A program made the translations under genes and the position numbers. This document shows positions 13,001 to 24,795 of a stretch of 64,000 bases of DNA, piece by piece; the first letter of the stretch is position 1; each line of letters opens with the position of its first letter. Origin of the DNA: Amphiscolops sp. MND2022. Lineage: Eukaryota. The stretch is taken from NCBI GenBank assembly GCA_964187785.1, contig OZ076415.1, positions 56,544,001 through 56,608,000 on the forward strand. Direction: 5' to 3'. Below the pieces are notes generated by a model, which saw only the letters and a list, made by a program, of their open reading frames with translations, had not been told where the DNA came from and did no database searches.

Positions 13001-14859
13001 ACGCCCTCAGAATCTATGACCTCTCCAAAAAATCGCAACTTATAGGATAATCTAAGTTACAACTCATTGAAAAAGGGATATAATGAAATATTATCATTTT
13101 TGTGATCTTGGACATCAAACATCTCATCTCGTTTAGTACGAGTCAAGTTTACATACAGCCGACTCACAAAGTGGACAAGAATGCCTTAAACAAGAGGAAC
13201 TCCACTGTGGAACTTTGGTTGGCACGTTTGATAGTGAGACAGTTCTCGTCCGCCGATCTCTTAATCCACCGGATGGCGCCTATTTCCGGAGACGATATCC
13301 GGAACTGCGGGTGCTTCAGACCCCCTGGTCAATCATGTACATTTATCCCAGCATTCAAAAACCTTTCAAATGTTTACAGCTTTTTCAGCGTTTCTTGTAT
13401 GCAAATCCTTTTAATCCGAATTACTGAATAAACTATGACGATAAATGCTTTAAATTTCATCATAAACATCATTAGGTAAAAAAAATCTTTTGACTAAGCG
13501 GCAGTCCTAATTTGTTTCTGTTCCTGGTTCGTGGATTTTTACCACAGAACACGAACTGCCGTAGGGTGTCCGGACATTACGCCCAAGGACATTAAGCCCA
13601 AGGACATTACGCCCAAAGCGGACATTACGCCCAAATGTAAATTACGCACAAGGAAATTACGATAATGTAATCAGCTATGCTCACATACCCCTAGTGCCCT
13701 AAATCAGGAGCGAAGCGAAGCGGAGCGACGTGCCAATATGGCCATGCCTCAATGTTGCTACTTGGCGAAGGGAGCGAAGCGACCGAGCCATACAACAAAC
13801 ATGCTAACCTCTTCAAATAATAACCTGAAAAAAAATCGCTGCTATTCTCTTTGAATAGCCTAATTTCCTTGGGCGTAATTTCCGTTTGGGCGTAATTTCC
13901 TTGGGCGTAATGTCCTTGGGCGTAATGTCCTAGAACCCTGCCGTAGATATTGATTGGTTTGAAAGGAAGTTCAGAATCAGGAATTCTCGAATGGGGCAAA
14001 TTCAGGATGAAATTTGTTTCAGATGTGTATCAATGTACATCACTGCCTAAAGAAAGAGGGGATGTGCTTGGCAAGGAGGTGTAGGTTGAAACCCCAGTGA
14101 CACCGTGTGACCGAACCACAAAAAGCTACAAACACAATTTAACACAAACACTTTCAGAAACTAATTAAAAACTGAAGACCTTTTACGGAAGTGAATCAGG
14201 CTGAAATACAGTGGATCCCGGATAAAAGAAACCCGATTATTGTCAATGCGTATCTTGGCCCCAACTGCCAACTTAATTACTCTTTAAAGCCGCATATAAG
14301 AAAGTTCAATTATAAGAAACACCACTTTCCAGTCGTTCCGCTGACGTTGATTATATCCGGGATCCAATGTAGTAAATAAAGTTGTGCTTTTTAGTGCGAA
14401 GACTTTTGTTCGTATCGAAAAATGATTGATAATTTTCCTCAAATACTTAATTCTTTTGTCTTCCTGATTGATAAATTACTGTTCTTTTTCAATTTCAAGT
14501 TTCAAAAGCCAAAACATGAGTTTACAATATTTTAAAATAGTTTTCCGACAATTTTCAAGGAATTTCGGAGAACTTAAAAAGTACAGAAGTACTCTTTCTT
14601 CAGAGTGAAAACTGAAGTTCAAACACGGCAGTGAAGAGAATGGAAACCAAACATTAAAAATTACTTGGTTGAGCACATGATCGAAGAATATAGACACTGG
14701 ACTTTGGTTGTTGGCCTTGGGCTGAGTCTGCTCGAAAGACTCGAACACTGCCACAGGTCTTGACAGACCCAGATACGCCTCTGAACTAGTGGGGGGATTC
14801 TCCCCGAACGACAGGCGCGAACACCCACTCGATGTTGAGCAGAAACTTCGATCAGACAT
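4043..14859 (-). CDS. RMC1: Regulator of MON1-CCZ1 (C18orf8/Mic1 homologue). Exons 14859-14665, 14125-14047, 13324-13168, ~12737-12572, 12264-12099, ~11240-10988, 9273-9066, 8696-8431, 7930-7671, 6610-6404, 4884-4690, 4170-4043
   Basis: Spliced translation follows RMC1 motifs in order: SIFFDHVLNQ-LFVVRSHGVTG, YQHCKAKNAKLQEFFW, RLAKFEVDMP, GSFAVNTVDNLVVVHYQ, LYDKAWVVFRPDVII, FIVAVMLEFIQSL, YQLHQLLQYYVINDRKQMACKLL...YPPAIQLALDMLKR, CEQYTEHFKCLFGE. Most junctions have matching phases; the exon 3/4 and 5/6 junctions are approximate. Confidence 0.93.
5201..5616. mobile_element. Mutator-like foldback MITE with 9-bp TSD
   Basis: Perfect TSD ACAATGACG at 5192-5200 and 5617-5625. The arms are inverted arrays (caaacagcagaaaatgaaaaattggtctcaaacagcagaat and its reverse complement). 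Contains repeat module D. Confidence 0.8.
5371..5515. repeat. Repeat module D (GCGAAGCG-containing), copy 1
   Basis: tcagctatgttcacatacccctagtgccctaaat...ggagcgaagcggagcgacgtgcc...ggcgaagggagcgaagcgaccgagccatacaac is nearly identical to 13671-13822. Confidence 0.8.
5775..6135 (-). mobile_element. Repeat family A, copy 2
   Basis: Colinear with 2170-2570. Confidence 0.7.
7344..7419 (-). pseudogene. Degenerate tRNA or tRNA-derived SINE head
   Basis: Minus strand GTCACCG-TAGCCCAGTTGGTAGTGC-GTCTGCCTAGCAGAC-ACGAGGTC-GTGGATTCGAAC-CGGTG. A box, B box, D arm and acceptor pairing are visible, but the 3' half of the T stem is missing and the anticodon loop is abnormal. Confidence 0.55.
9470..10235. 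repeat. Degenerate repeat related to family B (cacagtgccgaa / accctttgg sub-repeats)
   Basis: Shares sub-repeat motifs with 11451-12003 and 21165-21720; boundaries approximate. Confidence 0.4.
11451..12003 (+). mobile_element. Repeat family B, non-autonomous Helentron/DINE-1-like element, copy 1
   Basis: 5' TTTT-AGTCGGCGC and 3' GCGCCGACT form subterminal inverted repeats, followed by hairpin GCCG-TTCC-CGGC and a TTGTTT end. Other copies at 21924-22266 (minus) and 61001-61417. Confidence 0.72.
13565..13937. mobile_element. Mutator-like foldback MITE with 9-bp TSD
   Basis: Perfect TSD CTGCCGTAG at 13556-13564 and 13938-13946. The arms are tandem ~16-bp units (ggacattacgcccaa) inverted relative to each other. 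Contains module D. Confidence 0.85.
13671..13822. repeat. Repeat module D, copy 2
   Basis: Near-identical to 5371-5515. Confidence 0.8.
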
Positions 14860-15667
14860 GGATTTACGACAATCAACCGAGATTCATTTTCCCTCTGAAG
14901 AGCATGGCAGTTGGAACGAATAATATCTAATTGATTAGCTGCTTTGAATGTAACTGACAAAAAGAATAAGATGTTCGCGACTGAAAAAGTGAAGTTTACT
15001 CATTAAGATTCCTGCTCACGGAAAAATAATGATAAAGGCATTGGGCTAAAATATTTTTTCTAGAACTGGGCATGTAAGAAAAGATGGAATATTACGTACT
15101 TTTTTAAACTGTCGATGAATTGATTTGAAGAATTACCGGGCCCATTGCAGGGCTCAAGGACTACTTGGATGGTAAAAAACATTACCACATACTCAAAATA
15201 AAATACAGGTTAGCTCTGAAAAATATGAATTAGAAAGAACATCGACTTGCAGTTTTCAACGAACTATTTACAACTACCGTAATCGAAAGAATTATTGCCG
15301 TGACTATCATTCAATGAATGTTGAAACATTTTCAATTTTTTGTTTAGTTTCCGAATTTCATAAGCAATTTATCATTTCAAATAAAAGTTGTTTGAATCAT
15401 CTACATCTCGTAACCATTTATTGATCATGTTCAATTTTTTTCCGCTATTTTAGTCGTTTCTTTTTTTTCAGAAATGCCACAAAAAACTTTTCTCAGATAA
15501 GTTTTCGGGCTATTGAAAGATTGACAAATTTCTTTTAGTCACGGTGACAATTCGCTCGGCTACCATAACTACTATTCTAGTAACAAATCAACATTTTTAC
15601 ACAATAATGAAAAATATGTGAATCAATAAAAGATTGACCGAAAACGAAAGGATGACGAGGAGGAGTT

Positions 15668-18600
15668 TCATTGATGCGAGGCTGCAGACTTGATGTCTAC
15701 AAAGGTGGCAGGAGCAGTACACGTGGGCCTCGCTGACTGCCAGCCTGCAACTACATGTTTAGACAGACCCATGGAATCGCCAGGGGTGTGTGCACTACTC
15801 TTCTGTCCCAAGGCTTCCCCTGCAGCTGTCTTTGATGACCGCAAACTGGATGGAAACACATCACGTTGCTGCGGTTCCCAAGAATTGTCAATGCGGTCGA
15901 ATTCAGGCAGCATTTTCTTGGGCACTGTGATTCTGACCTGAACATGTCGAAATTTCAAAACGAGAACAAAATTTTTTGGTTTTTGAACAAAAGCACTTAC
16001 TCTAGTGTCCCTATTTACCGTGGGTACTGATTGCAGGGGGTCTGGTTGAACCATATGAGACAATACGCATGGAGGTCTCAATCAAAGAAGGGTCTATATG
16101 GTAAAAATTGAGACATCAAATAATGAACAGAATCATTCATCAGTTTGATCACAAATTCGTCGTCTCTAATATTTTGAGATTGAACATTGACAAAGACAAT
16201 TTTGATGTAATTCGAGCATTTTTAAGCTGCCTGGTAAGTACAAGAATGCCGGATTGAAAATGCCTCATGGAAATTTTCATTTCATTATTTCAACCAACAG
16301 AAGTCACCCAAAACACCCACCGACCAAATAGCAACACCAAGTAAATACACACTTAACGACTAGTGTAGATTACGGCTAATTTAAATACGACTACTTCATT
16401 TTTAAATCCAAATTAACGACTCAAAATTTCGCAAAACTTCGATCATTTCAAGAGTATTTTTTAGACGGTAGACTCAGCTGTCATTGAGGCTTAACTAAGA
16501 GCTCGGACTGTACCTTGAGCATTTTACAACCAATAATATCACTCTGAAAGGGCCGAGTAACACCCGATATAAAAAAATTATGGCTGTCGTGAGATCAATT
16601 GTTATCAATTCTTCTACCAGTATCTCCTATGGGCCATTTTCATTAAGGCGTTTTTTCCTCTAATGGACCAAATGGTCCTGGCAGACAGTGTCCTGATACC
16701 TTGAATGAAGATACCATTGCAGCTTAAGCAGAAGTTCAAGCACTGACCATAGTTTTGGAGTCGAGCTGGCGTTTCTTCTTGCACACTGGGCACACACTCT
16801 GGCCATGATCGTCGACGTTGACGGGGATGGCAAAGCCTCGGGTGTTCATTCTGTACAGGTGCACACATCTGTGCTCCATGTCTTCTCTCAACTTATCCAA
16901 GTGGGCTTTGGAGGAGTAACTGGCACAAAGCATAGCATGCGCAATTAGACTACCAGTTCGTGTTTCAATGGAACACACACTTAATGACAAAAAGTTCTGT
17001 CCCTAATCGATCAACTCCGACTGCTCCAATACGTTTTACGAAAAATAGGCCCTCCGGGGCACACTATTATTTCTGCTTTAATCTTTCATTAATAATAGAA
17101 TCATATCTGGAATACAAATACACTCCTGTTTAATATTTGTTAGCGCTTAATTAATCAAGTGAATTCCAAATAACATAAGAGCAAATAACATAAAACTGAA
17201 ATTAGTTTCAAATAACAAAAATGAAATGAGTTTCACTAAACATAAAAACAAAATAGTTTACGAGAAAGTTTTAGTGGTCAAAAGCATTCACAATTCAAAA
17301 GATTCACTGAAAAAAGTGTGCAAATTACAGATAAAATTTTCTGAGTTCGATTGTTGAACCGGGTATTCGGTTTTATTTTTCTTATTTAAAACTAATTTCA
17401 ATTTTGTTATTTGAAACTAATTTTGTTTTTTTTTTTAAAGTTATTTGCTCTTATGTTATTCGGTAGGTAATCATTAATCACGGTACCAGTTTATACCGCC
17501 TTTAAATCTCGGACTAAAGCAAATATAACTACTGACCGTGACGAAGTTTCGCATTCGCATTTGAATGCAGGCGAAGCTCTCCGAGAACGAATAATTAACA
17601 CTCATTCGCTTCATCTCAAAGACGTCAGCGTACGAATGCATAATTACCACTCGCTCGTTCCATCGCACGAGAATTGAATCGTTGTCGGCAGCTTCAGAAA
17701 TTTAAATCTCACGCTTATACTCACTGCCGAACAAACTATCTGAATTATCAGTATCATGCGAAGAATTTTACTGAAAAAAGTAGACATCTTGAGATTTCAA
17801 TAATATTCCTGCTACCGCAAAAATAAAAAGAAATTCATTTTAGATATATATTCGACGCCTTTATATCAAAAGAGTTCCCAAAAATGTTTTGAAAATTTCG
17901 TTTCGATAGAATTTGCTCGTAGTAACTCCGTTATTTGACCAATACAGACAAAAATATGATATTTTGGTAAAAATCAGTGTTGATAAAACAAAAGAAGCCA
18001 TCTTGAGAGTACTCCTTGTAGCTCTGAATCTGCAATATACAAGTTTTTACTTTTACAAACTTTTCGCAACTTCACGAAAAACGAAATTCAGTATACCATG
18101 TTTTAAGATAGCGCATGGTGGATATTCTTTTTGACCGTTCACAAAACTTTGCTATCTAAAGGTTTCTCGAAAAGCTAATTTCGAGGCCCTTCAAAAAATG
18201 CGAATCAATGCAAGATTTTCCGCATTTTTGTGTTTTGGCCTGCATTTTTTCGTGATTCATTACATAAACTTACATTGTACTGGAGAAATCCATACGCGAA
18301 GTAATTCTTTGAAAAATTATGATCGAGACCAAATTTCACGGAATACCATTTTCCAATAATAACATTTTGTTTTTTGGGAAAACAAGCGCTGAACGGAAAT
18401 AGAACAAATTTGCGAAAGCTTAAGATTGGCTCAAGTTTTATGAACGCCTTCGGTTATTTTTTCTAATTCAACAGAAGATACGCAAGGTGTTAAGGAAAAT
18501 ATTGAGAATTCGTACAAGCGTCGCATACTTCACACTCGTAGGTAACTTATGAGAAACTTGGCTTTATTCTAGACAATTTTTGTAAATCTAATATGAATAT

Positions 18601-20679
18601 CGAATGTCCAAATACGCTGCTTTAATATAGTCTTCAATCAATTTCATAATACAGTGGAATCCGCCTAATTCGTATCGCTAGGGACCGAATAAAATAGTAC
18701 GAATAGTGAGAAATACGAATTCACAGAATGATATTACTATGATCGTCACGAAATGGGGGGTCTCAAATTTATACGAATTAGACGAAGATCCGAATTATCC
18801 GGATACGAATTAACCGGAGTTGACTGTATGGGTTAGTGATCATTGCGCATGCCTAGGGGGCGGCCAGTCTTGGTAGGGCATTCGGGGGATCTGCTGGAGG
18901 TTATCGTCGGGTTCAGACGCTGTGCCGAAACAATCAACATGATGGGTTTGTCGAAACTTGTTGAGCTCATCGAAATATTCGTCTGGTCTCGTTTCAAAAG
19001 ATTCATTAGCTTCTAGCATTTCAGCAATCCAGTCATAACCCAACAAGTTCTCCTTGTTTCGCGTTCCTGTAGAGTTGTTTCTTCTAAAAGTTTGTAAATC
19101 AAGGTTGGCATCAAGTTTACTTTACTGCAATACAAAGTGAAAAAAAAACAGATAACTAATGGCTTTTCAAGTCCTATAATAAATTAATGTAGGCAAAAGC
19201 TCATTCGGAAAATTCAGTTGAGACACATTGATATATATTGAAGTCACCACAAACACCCGGAAAAACAAAAACATCGTTTTTTTTCTCGAACCCACTCTCA
19301 GAGAAAGCGTTCTGCATAACAATTTTCCTTATTATAATAAAGCCAACCTTGATGTTTGTTGTATATTGGCCAAGGTTTTAGAGGGAAACTGCAGAATGAT
19401 GGACTGCCTGTCAGACTTAGCATTGATTGTTTCCACATTGTGTGGGTGGTCGTTTGTTTTAGCAGCAGCGCGGTTTGCTCTGACATTAGCCGAACTCTCC
19501 AGTTTGCGTTCGAAAGAATCAAGAAAAGCAACATCCGACTGTGCTGCTAAGTCGAAACTGAGGATTGAGTTGAAAGTGTCTCCATCGGCATGGTTGTCGT
19601 CTTCCGTCTGATCAGGGAGGTTGCAAATATCGTGAACAACAAAACTTGGTTCGTGTTTCATTGGGAAAAATTCTGGGAGGTGATTTTTATTTCAAAGGTT
19701 TGTTTTAACTTCAAGAACTCAAGACTTCAGATTTTTAAGAGATAAGGTCCGAAATTTGGACCCAACATCTAATTATTTTGCAACTTTGATCCTGGCGATC
19801 ATATTGATTTACTTGGTACAAACTAAAAATCATTTTAAAGATTCACTGTTCGTCAAAATGTTTTCATTCCTTACATTAAAGTTTTAACATGTTCATTGAA
19901 CATCCCTGATTATGATGATGATGATGGGAAAGAGACTGGTCAACTGCTTGGTATGATAAAAACTTCGGGGTACTGCTTCTGGTGACCACTGGATTGGTTT
20001 TCCTAATATGGAAAGTTTAATGAATACATATCCCACTTAAAAGCATTCCTAAGAGGATTTAGAAGGACCGAAACCATGAGTTGAATGGGTGAAAATTAAA
20101 TTCCACTTGCGAGTTCATTGCACGCAGATGTTTCAAGACATACAGAAAGCATCTTTAAAGCAAAAATTTCGATCGGCGCAGTAAATCCAAATGCAACAGG
20201 TATATATTACAAAATACAATTACTCAAAATGAGTTTCGAAAAAAAAAACAATATTACTGAGTTTTAAAAAGCTTTCTCATGATAGTCAACTCGTACACCA
20301 CTTTTCACGTTAAAAGATCTTGTTCAGACACCACCAAAGACGATGCACTGACTTGAGATTCAACATATTAGAAAAGATTCAAATATTAGAGAAGTAAATC
20401 CAATAACGATCCAAAATTTTACTTCTCCCTCTAATTGTTGTGAAATTGGGGAACTTACTGCTGTAAATCATCTCTGACAATATTTTGGTTCAAGTTTCTA
20501 CCTCTGCTTATCATTTTCTGTCTAGCATCTTGACTGCTAATCTTTTTATTGGACACGTTGGACTGTTTGGAAGGCATACTTTTCTTCAGCTGAGTTTGGT
20601 TCTCTAGCAGCTTCGAGAGAAGTTCCCGGTTTTGTTCTCGAAGATCTAACGGCATTCTTTTCTCTGAAACGTCATGCAT
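15668..20679 (-). CDS. MIIP: Migration and invasion inhibitory protein homologue. Exons 20679(or 20655)-20459, [possible exon ~20003-19900], 19672-19348, 19083-18853, 16919-16748, 15937-15668
   Basis: MIIP-like motifs in order: LREQNRELLSKL; LLGYDWIAEMLE...DEYFDELNKFRQTHHVDC; HRCVHLYRMNTRGFAIP...CPVCKKKR; VRITVP; DSMGLSKHVVAGW. The last four exons are phase-consistent; the link from exon 1 is unresolved. Confidence 0.82.
17041..17830 (-). mobile_element. Repeat family A, copy 3, interrupted by a MITE
   Basis: Terminal hairpin GCCC-TCCG-GGGC next to AAAAATA. The core resumes at ~17473 after an inserted inverted-repeat element. Confidence 0.7.
17158..17472. mobile_element. Inverted-repeat MITE nested in family A
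   Basis: Inverted repeats aataacataagagcaaataac / gttatttgctcttatgttatt; ATTAATCA duplicated at 17150-17157 and 17473-17480. Confidence 0.6.
18652..18826. mobile_element. Tc1/mariner-pogo (Tigger-like) MITE in a MIIP intron
   Basis: TA|CAGTGGAATCCGCCTAATTCGTATC ... GATACGAATTAACCGGAGTTGACTG|TA: imperfect 25-bp TIRs and TA target duplication. Confidence 0.8.
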
Positions 20680-21164
20680 ATTCAAGTAAAGATAACTCCC
20701 TAGGTTGATAAGGCCAAAAGAAGACACTACATTGCGTTCTCTATTCACTAGCACACAAGGAAAAAATTGAACTCCCACTATTCCATTGTTGAACAAATTT
20801 TCTTAGTTGAGCTCTGCAAAAACCTTCTCAAAATGTGTATCTTCTTTGGCTTTCTTAGTCCAGGAAATTTATTCTTCGAAGTTTGAAAATTATTCGCCAG
20901 AAGTAAGACATTTTACAACTACTGGAAATTGAATTTCTGAACTACCAGGCATTGTCAGCTCGACAAAAACTTTTAGAAAACAGAAAAATTCAGATTCAAT
21001 ATTCAGTAATTGAAGGATTCTCTTCTGAAACAAGGCGCAATTGAATCGAAGACTAAGCATGAACAGATTTTTGTCATATGGCACAGCCCATTCTTCAACA
21101 ATTCACGGTTTTCGGCTGTGAAAAAAAATTACGCTTCATATTCGGCGATGTCTTATACAACGAA

Positions 21165-21720
21165 AGATAACAAGCCGGAACGACCCAAGTTCAAACAGAG
21201 TAAAGTGTAACCATTGCGAAAATTTTCATCAATTTAGAGTGCCAAAAAATGCCCGAAGGTAAAAAAACGCATAAGACTCGGAAACCGCTTTTTCCCTAAC
21301 TCGAAGCATCAAAAAATGCTCCGGAAAAAAATCTCATAGTGCCGAAAAATCCAAAAGGAGACCTTTCAAGTTCGCAAAACGCTGTTTTCAAATCGAATTT
21401 TATCCAATAATGAAAAGGGCACGCTTTGACCAAATATTTTTTGTCTAAAAAGCCGAACAGTGCCGAAAAAACATTAGGTCTTTTGCACATGTATTGAGAA
21501 TACTCTCATCCGTCCCACAGGACGTGAAAATAACCAAAGAGGTCACTCTCAAGACTTGGGAAGTTTTACTCAAAAGAAAACCTCGAAAAATTTTCGAAGT
21601 CTCGCAAAGCCGAAACAAGGCACAAAAGTATACCCGGGAATAACAAGAAAAAATATTTTTGGTCAAGTGAGACTAGAACTCACGAACTTCTTTGCTTGTC
21701 AGACCTCAAAAAATCCGGAA
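21165..21720 (-). repeat. Family-B-related degenerate element
   Basis: Starts with the reverse complement of the family B 3' end (aacaagccggaacgacccaagt) and has cagtgccgaaaaa sub-repeats. Confidence 0.45.
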
Positions 21721-21923
21721 TAACCCCTGCGCCAAGTGACAGTAGAATTTACAAGTTGCTCAGCAACAGCTTATAAAACTTACATGCAGTTCGTCGGTCT
21801 TAAAAAGAAGAAAAGTCACTACGTACTAAAGTCTGCTCTTTCTACAAACGCGCCAACAAAATTAAAAGAACTGTTCCCGGAACTCTTCAAAATTTACCTT
21901 CATAACAAACCGCTGTCGGTATT

Positions 21924-22266
21924 AAACAAGCCGGGACCGGCTCAAGTCGGCGCCATGTCTATTTAAGGCTCAAAAATAGCAAAAGGACTTTAAAGTGGCA
22001 AAGTAATCTCTTCTACAGCACTCGAAAACAATGCCGAAAAAAAACTGAAAGGGGGCCTTTAGTCTCGTCCGGCATTGTATGTTACGCGGGAAAAAGGAGA
22101 AACCTTCTTGCTTCAGTTCCGTGGGCCGACAGGTACAATTCGGCGTCTTCTTAAAATGTTGTATAACTTTTGGCAGAACTATTTTGGTCACTTCAGGTGT
22201 ATCGAAAAAAACGCTGACGAAAAGCCATGGCTATAGTCGACTCTTTTAAGAAAAGCGCCGACTAAA
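21924..22266 (-). mobile_element. Repeat family B, copy 2 (internally deleted)
   Basis: Reverse complement of both ends of 11451-12003. Confidence 0.72.
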
Positions 22267-22269
22267 AAC

Positions 22270-23000
22270 AACTATAAAATATTTCCCTAAAGAGACAAGA
22301 TGCTTTACACAACAGATACTAACTGTGAAGCTGCGTGTGCTGAATTAGAATCAGCTATCAATTCAATCGTTGAAAGTATTGACAGCTATTGTTTGAAACC
22401 TGAAACTCGTTGTCCATGCTCCAAGTTGTTTAAATCAATCAATATTTCTGGCCTGTACCTCGTTTGAAATCTCACTTTTCGATCTGAAGATTACTGCAAT
22501 CTTGGAAGAATGGCTTTTAGCATAGGAACTTCATTATACTCTGTCAAATAAAACTTTCCTCTCTAAATTGGATTGAGCCCGTTAGAAGTTTTAGTACTGA
22601 GTCATCTTCATTATCCTGCTATTTCGTCCATTGGCATCACAAATGACTTAGTAACATCACTCCAAAAACAAGTTATCAGGGTGCTAAAATCCTGCTTTAA
22701 TCCCAAGAAAAGTGCTTTCCATGAACATGAAAACTGTGATTTTCCTGGAAAACTTGCAGTCAAAATCCTATTGTCAAACATTCAGAGATCAAAACCTTCG
22801 CCCCAAAGGAAAAAGAATGAACTCGTGACATCTATTTCAATCTCTAAATCCAACAAACTTGGTCAGATTGGTTTTCGAAAAGCTGTCTGTAAAGGGACAA
22901 GCTAGCCCATACGGAACACGCTCATACTTTTTGAATGCCTTCGAAAATTCCGTCAAAACAAAAGGTAATGCTAATCATAGATGTGTAACGTCCCGATTTA
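22270..23000 (+). mobile_element. Decayed LINE ORF2 C-terminal fragment (CR1/L2 group)
   Basis: Broken frame containing LVLSHLHYPAI...SLQKQVIRVLKSCF, resembling the post-RT region of CR1/L2 ORF2. Confidence 0.4.
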
Positions 23001-23384
23001 GAATTTGGATGATGTTACCCCAATATGTGTCCACGCATTGCCTATTCCCTTCCCAGTGACTGTTCTTACCCTTTCATGAAACTCTTGAAATAAATTATAA
23101 GTTGTATTTCACTTTAATGTCTGCGAATTTTTATAGGTGACAAAAGGAGTGCTTTTTCTGTTGAAAAATGGGCGCTAGAAAGTCATGTAGAATTCTATGA
23201 AAGTAACCTCACAAAATAGGCCCTGCGAGGCCCAGTTATAATCTTTGTTTTATGCTACAACCACCATTACCATCAACGTTCGATGCTAAAAACATCTGAA
23301 TTAAGTATACACTTCTGTCATTTTCATTATCATTGTGTCAGTTAACACCACCTTATTACTGAAACGAGCAATCACTTCTCCATC

Positions 23385-23749
23385 TGTCATGAGGTTGGTC
23401 CGAGCGGTGGACTATGAATTTTATAAAGAACATTTTGTATCGCTTTTATACTTCAGATTTAGCCTGGGTTATTTTCCTTTACTCAGAGTGAATAAAGTTT
23501 TGTTGAAGAAATCAGTTTTAATGTTGAAGAGAAACTGAAGAGAAGTTACAACTGAGAAATATAATTTACAAGTTAAAGCGAGTGTTCTTAATCTTGAGAA
23601 AGTTATCGTCTTCTGTTCTTGTGTTTGACCACTTCGTTGTATCGTCGTCCATCTCGGTGTTGTCAGCCTCTGATTGGTCCACAACTGTTATTGGCTAAAT
23701 ACATTCTGTCATCGAATTTTTGTAATTGTATCATGATTGTATCATGACA
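23385..23749 (-). repeat. 3' LTR of the 14.1-kb provirus (365 bp)
   Basis: By eye differs from the other LTR by 4 substitutions and one 2-bp indel (about 98-99% identical). Confidence 0.95.
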
Positions 23750-23761
23750 CTCCCCACTTTT
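23750..23761 (-). promoter_or_regulatory. Polypurine tract
   Basis: Minus strand AAAAGTGGGGAG immediately before the 3' LTR. Confidence 0.8.
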
Positions 23762-24795
23762 AAGAAAAAGGGGAACTGCCGGGTTGCAGTCCATTTCAGA
23801 GCGGAGATGGTGAAGTGGCATGAAACAAAAGAACTCAATGAATCCGTGAAACCAAGAAGAGCCAACACAAATGCCCGAAGGAAAAAAAGTGAAAGAATAC
23901 ATATGACATAAAGGGGGGGGGGCTCGAAAAGAAGAAAAAAGAAAAGAGCATGTGAAGCATGCAATGCAGAAAAGGTTAATCAAGAAGTTACAAGGGGTAC
24001 TTGTATGAAGAGAAGTCAGCAAATCAGCAAACAGTGAATCATTATTGACAGAGTGAAGCAGAGAAAGAGCAACTGTGTTTGTTCACAAAACTTCTGCTCG
24101 AGAGGGCACGTGGCGACGTGTGCCAAGTGTAAGCTATGGTATTTGCTGAGCAAGAAAACGGGCTGCGAGAGTCGCAGATAAGGCTAGAGGGGCCTTGTTA
24201 ATGATTAACAGTGCAAAGAAGAAATAACAGAGGACGGAAACTTTTATTATGACAGCAATCAGCTAATCTGTTTATAACAAACACGGAGAGAAATGTACAA
24301 CAGAACCAAAGCGGAAAGTGTACAATGTTGCAAGAAGGTAAATATATTGATAGTGGATGTGGAGAACAGAGTAAGCAAAAAGAAGGGGCCGGAGTCAACT
24401 ACAAAGTAATGACTCAAAAGCAAAAGGCAATGTAAGATACATTGAAGATATAATCGGACAAAGTGTCAACCGAAGATTATGGAGAAAAATAGCGCACAAT
24501 TATCCAAAGATATATGAGAAATGCGGGTATTGATGAATGATGAACAGAACTGCATAGACGACATCAAAAGGAAAGGGTTACAATATCAGAGTAACCGAGC
24601 ACATAATGTATTGAAAAAAAGGCATGGTGTTAGAATCCGACTGTGAAGCAGTCAGAGACTGTTAGAGTGGAGCGGTTAAAGTTACTAACAGAGTAACATG
24701 TAAGTACAAGAGAACAGTACTGAAAAGAAAACACACTGCACTCAAGAGTCCAAAAGGACGGGCAAAATGGCGCTATCAGAGAACGCCTTAAAGAA

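Noticed and set aside
13565-13937. Regularly spaced ~16-bp repeats resembling a CRISPR array
   Set aside because: No unique spacers; the units form inverted arms with a 9-bp TSD in a eukaryotic intron, so it is a foldback MITE.
19900-20003. Candidate MIIP exon with a His run
   Set aside because: Acceptor phase fits exon 1, but no convincing donor fits the next exon; left unresolved.
23335-23538. ORFs at 23335-23538, 23469-23684, 37131-37313 and 37258-37461
   Set aside because: Chance frames within the LTRs, duplicated only because the LTRs are duplicated.
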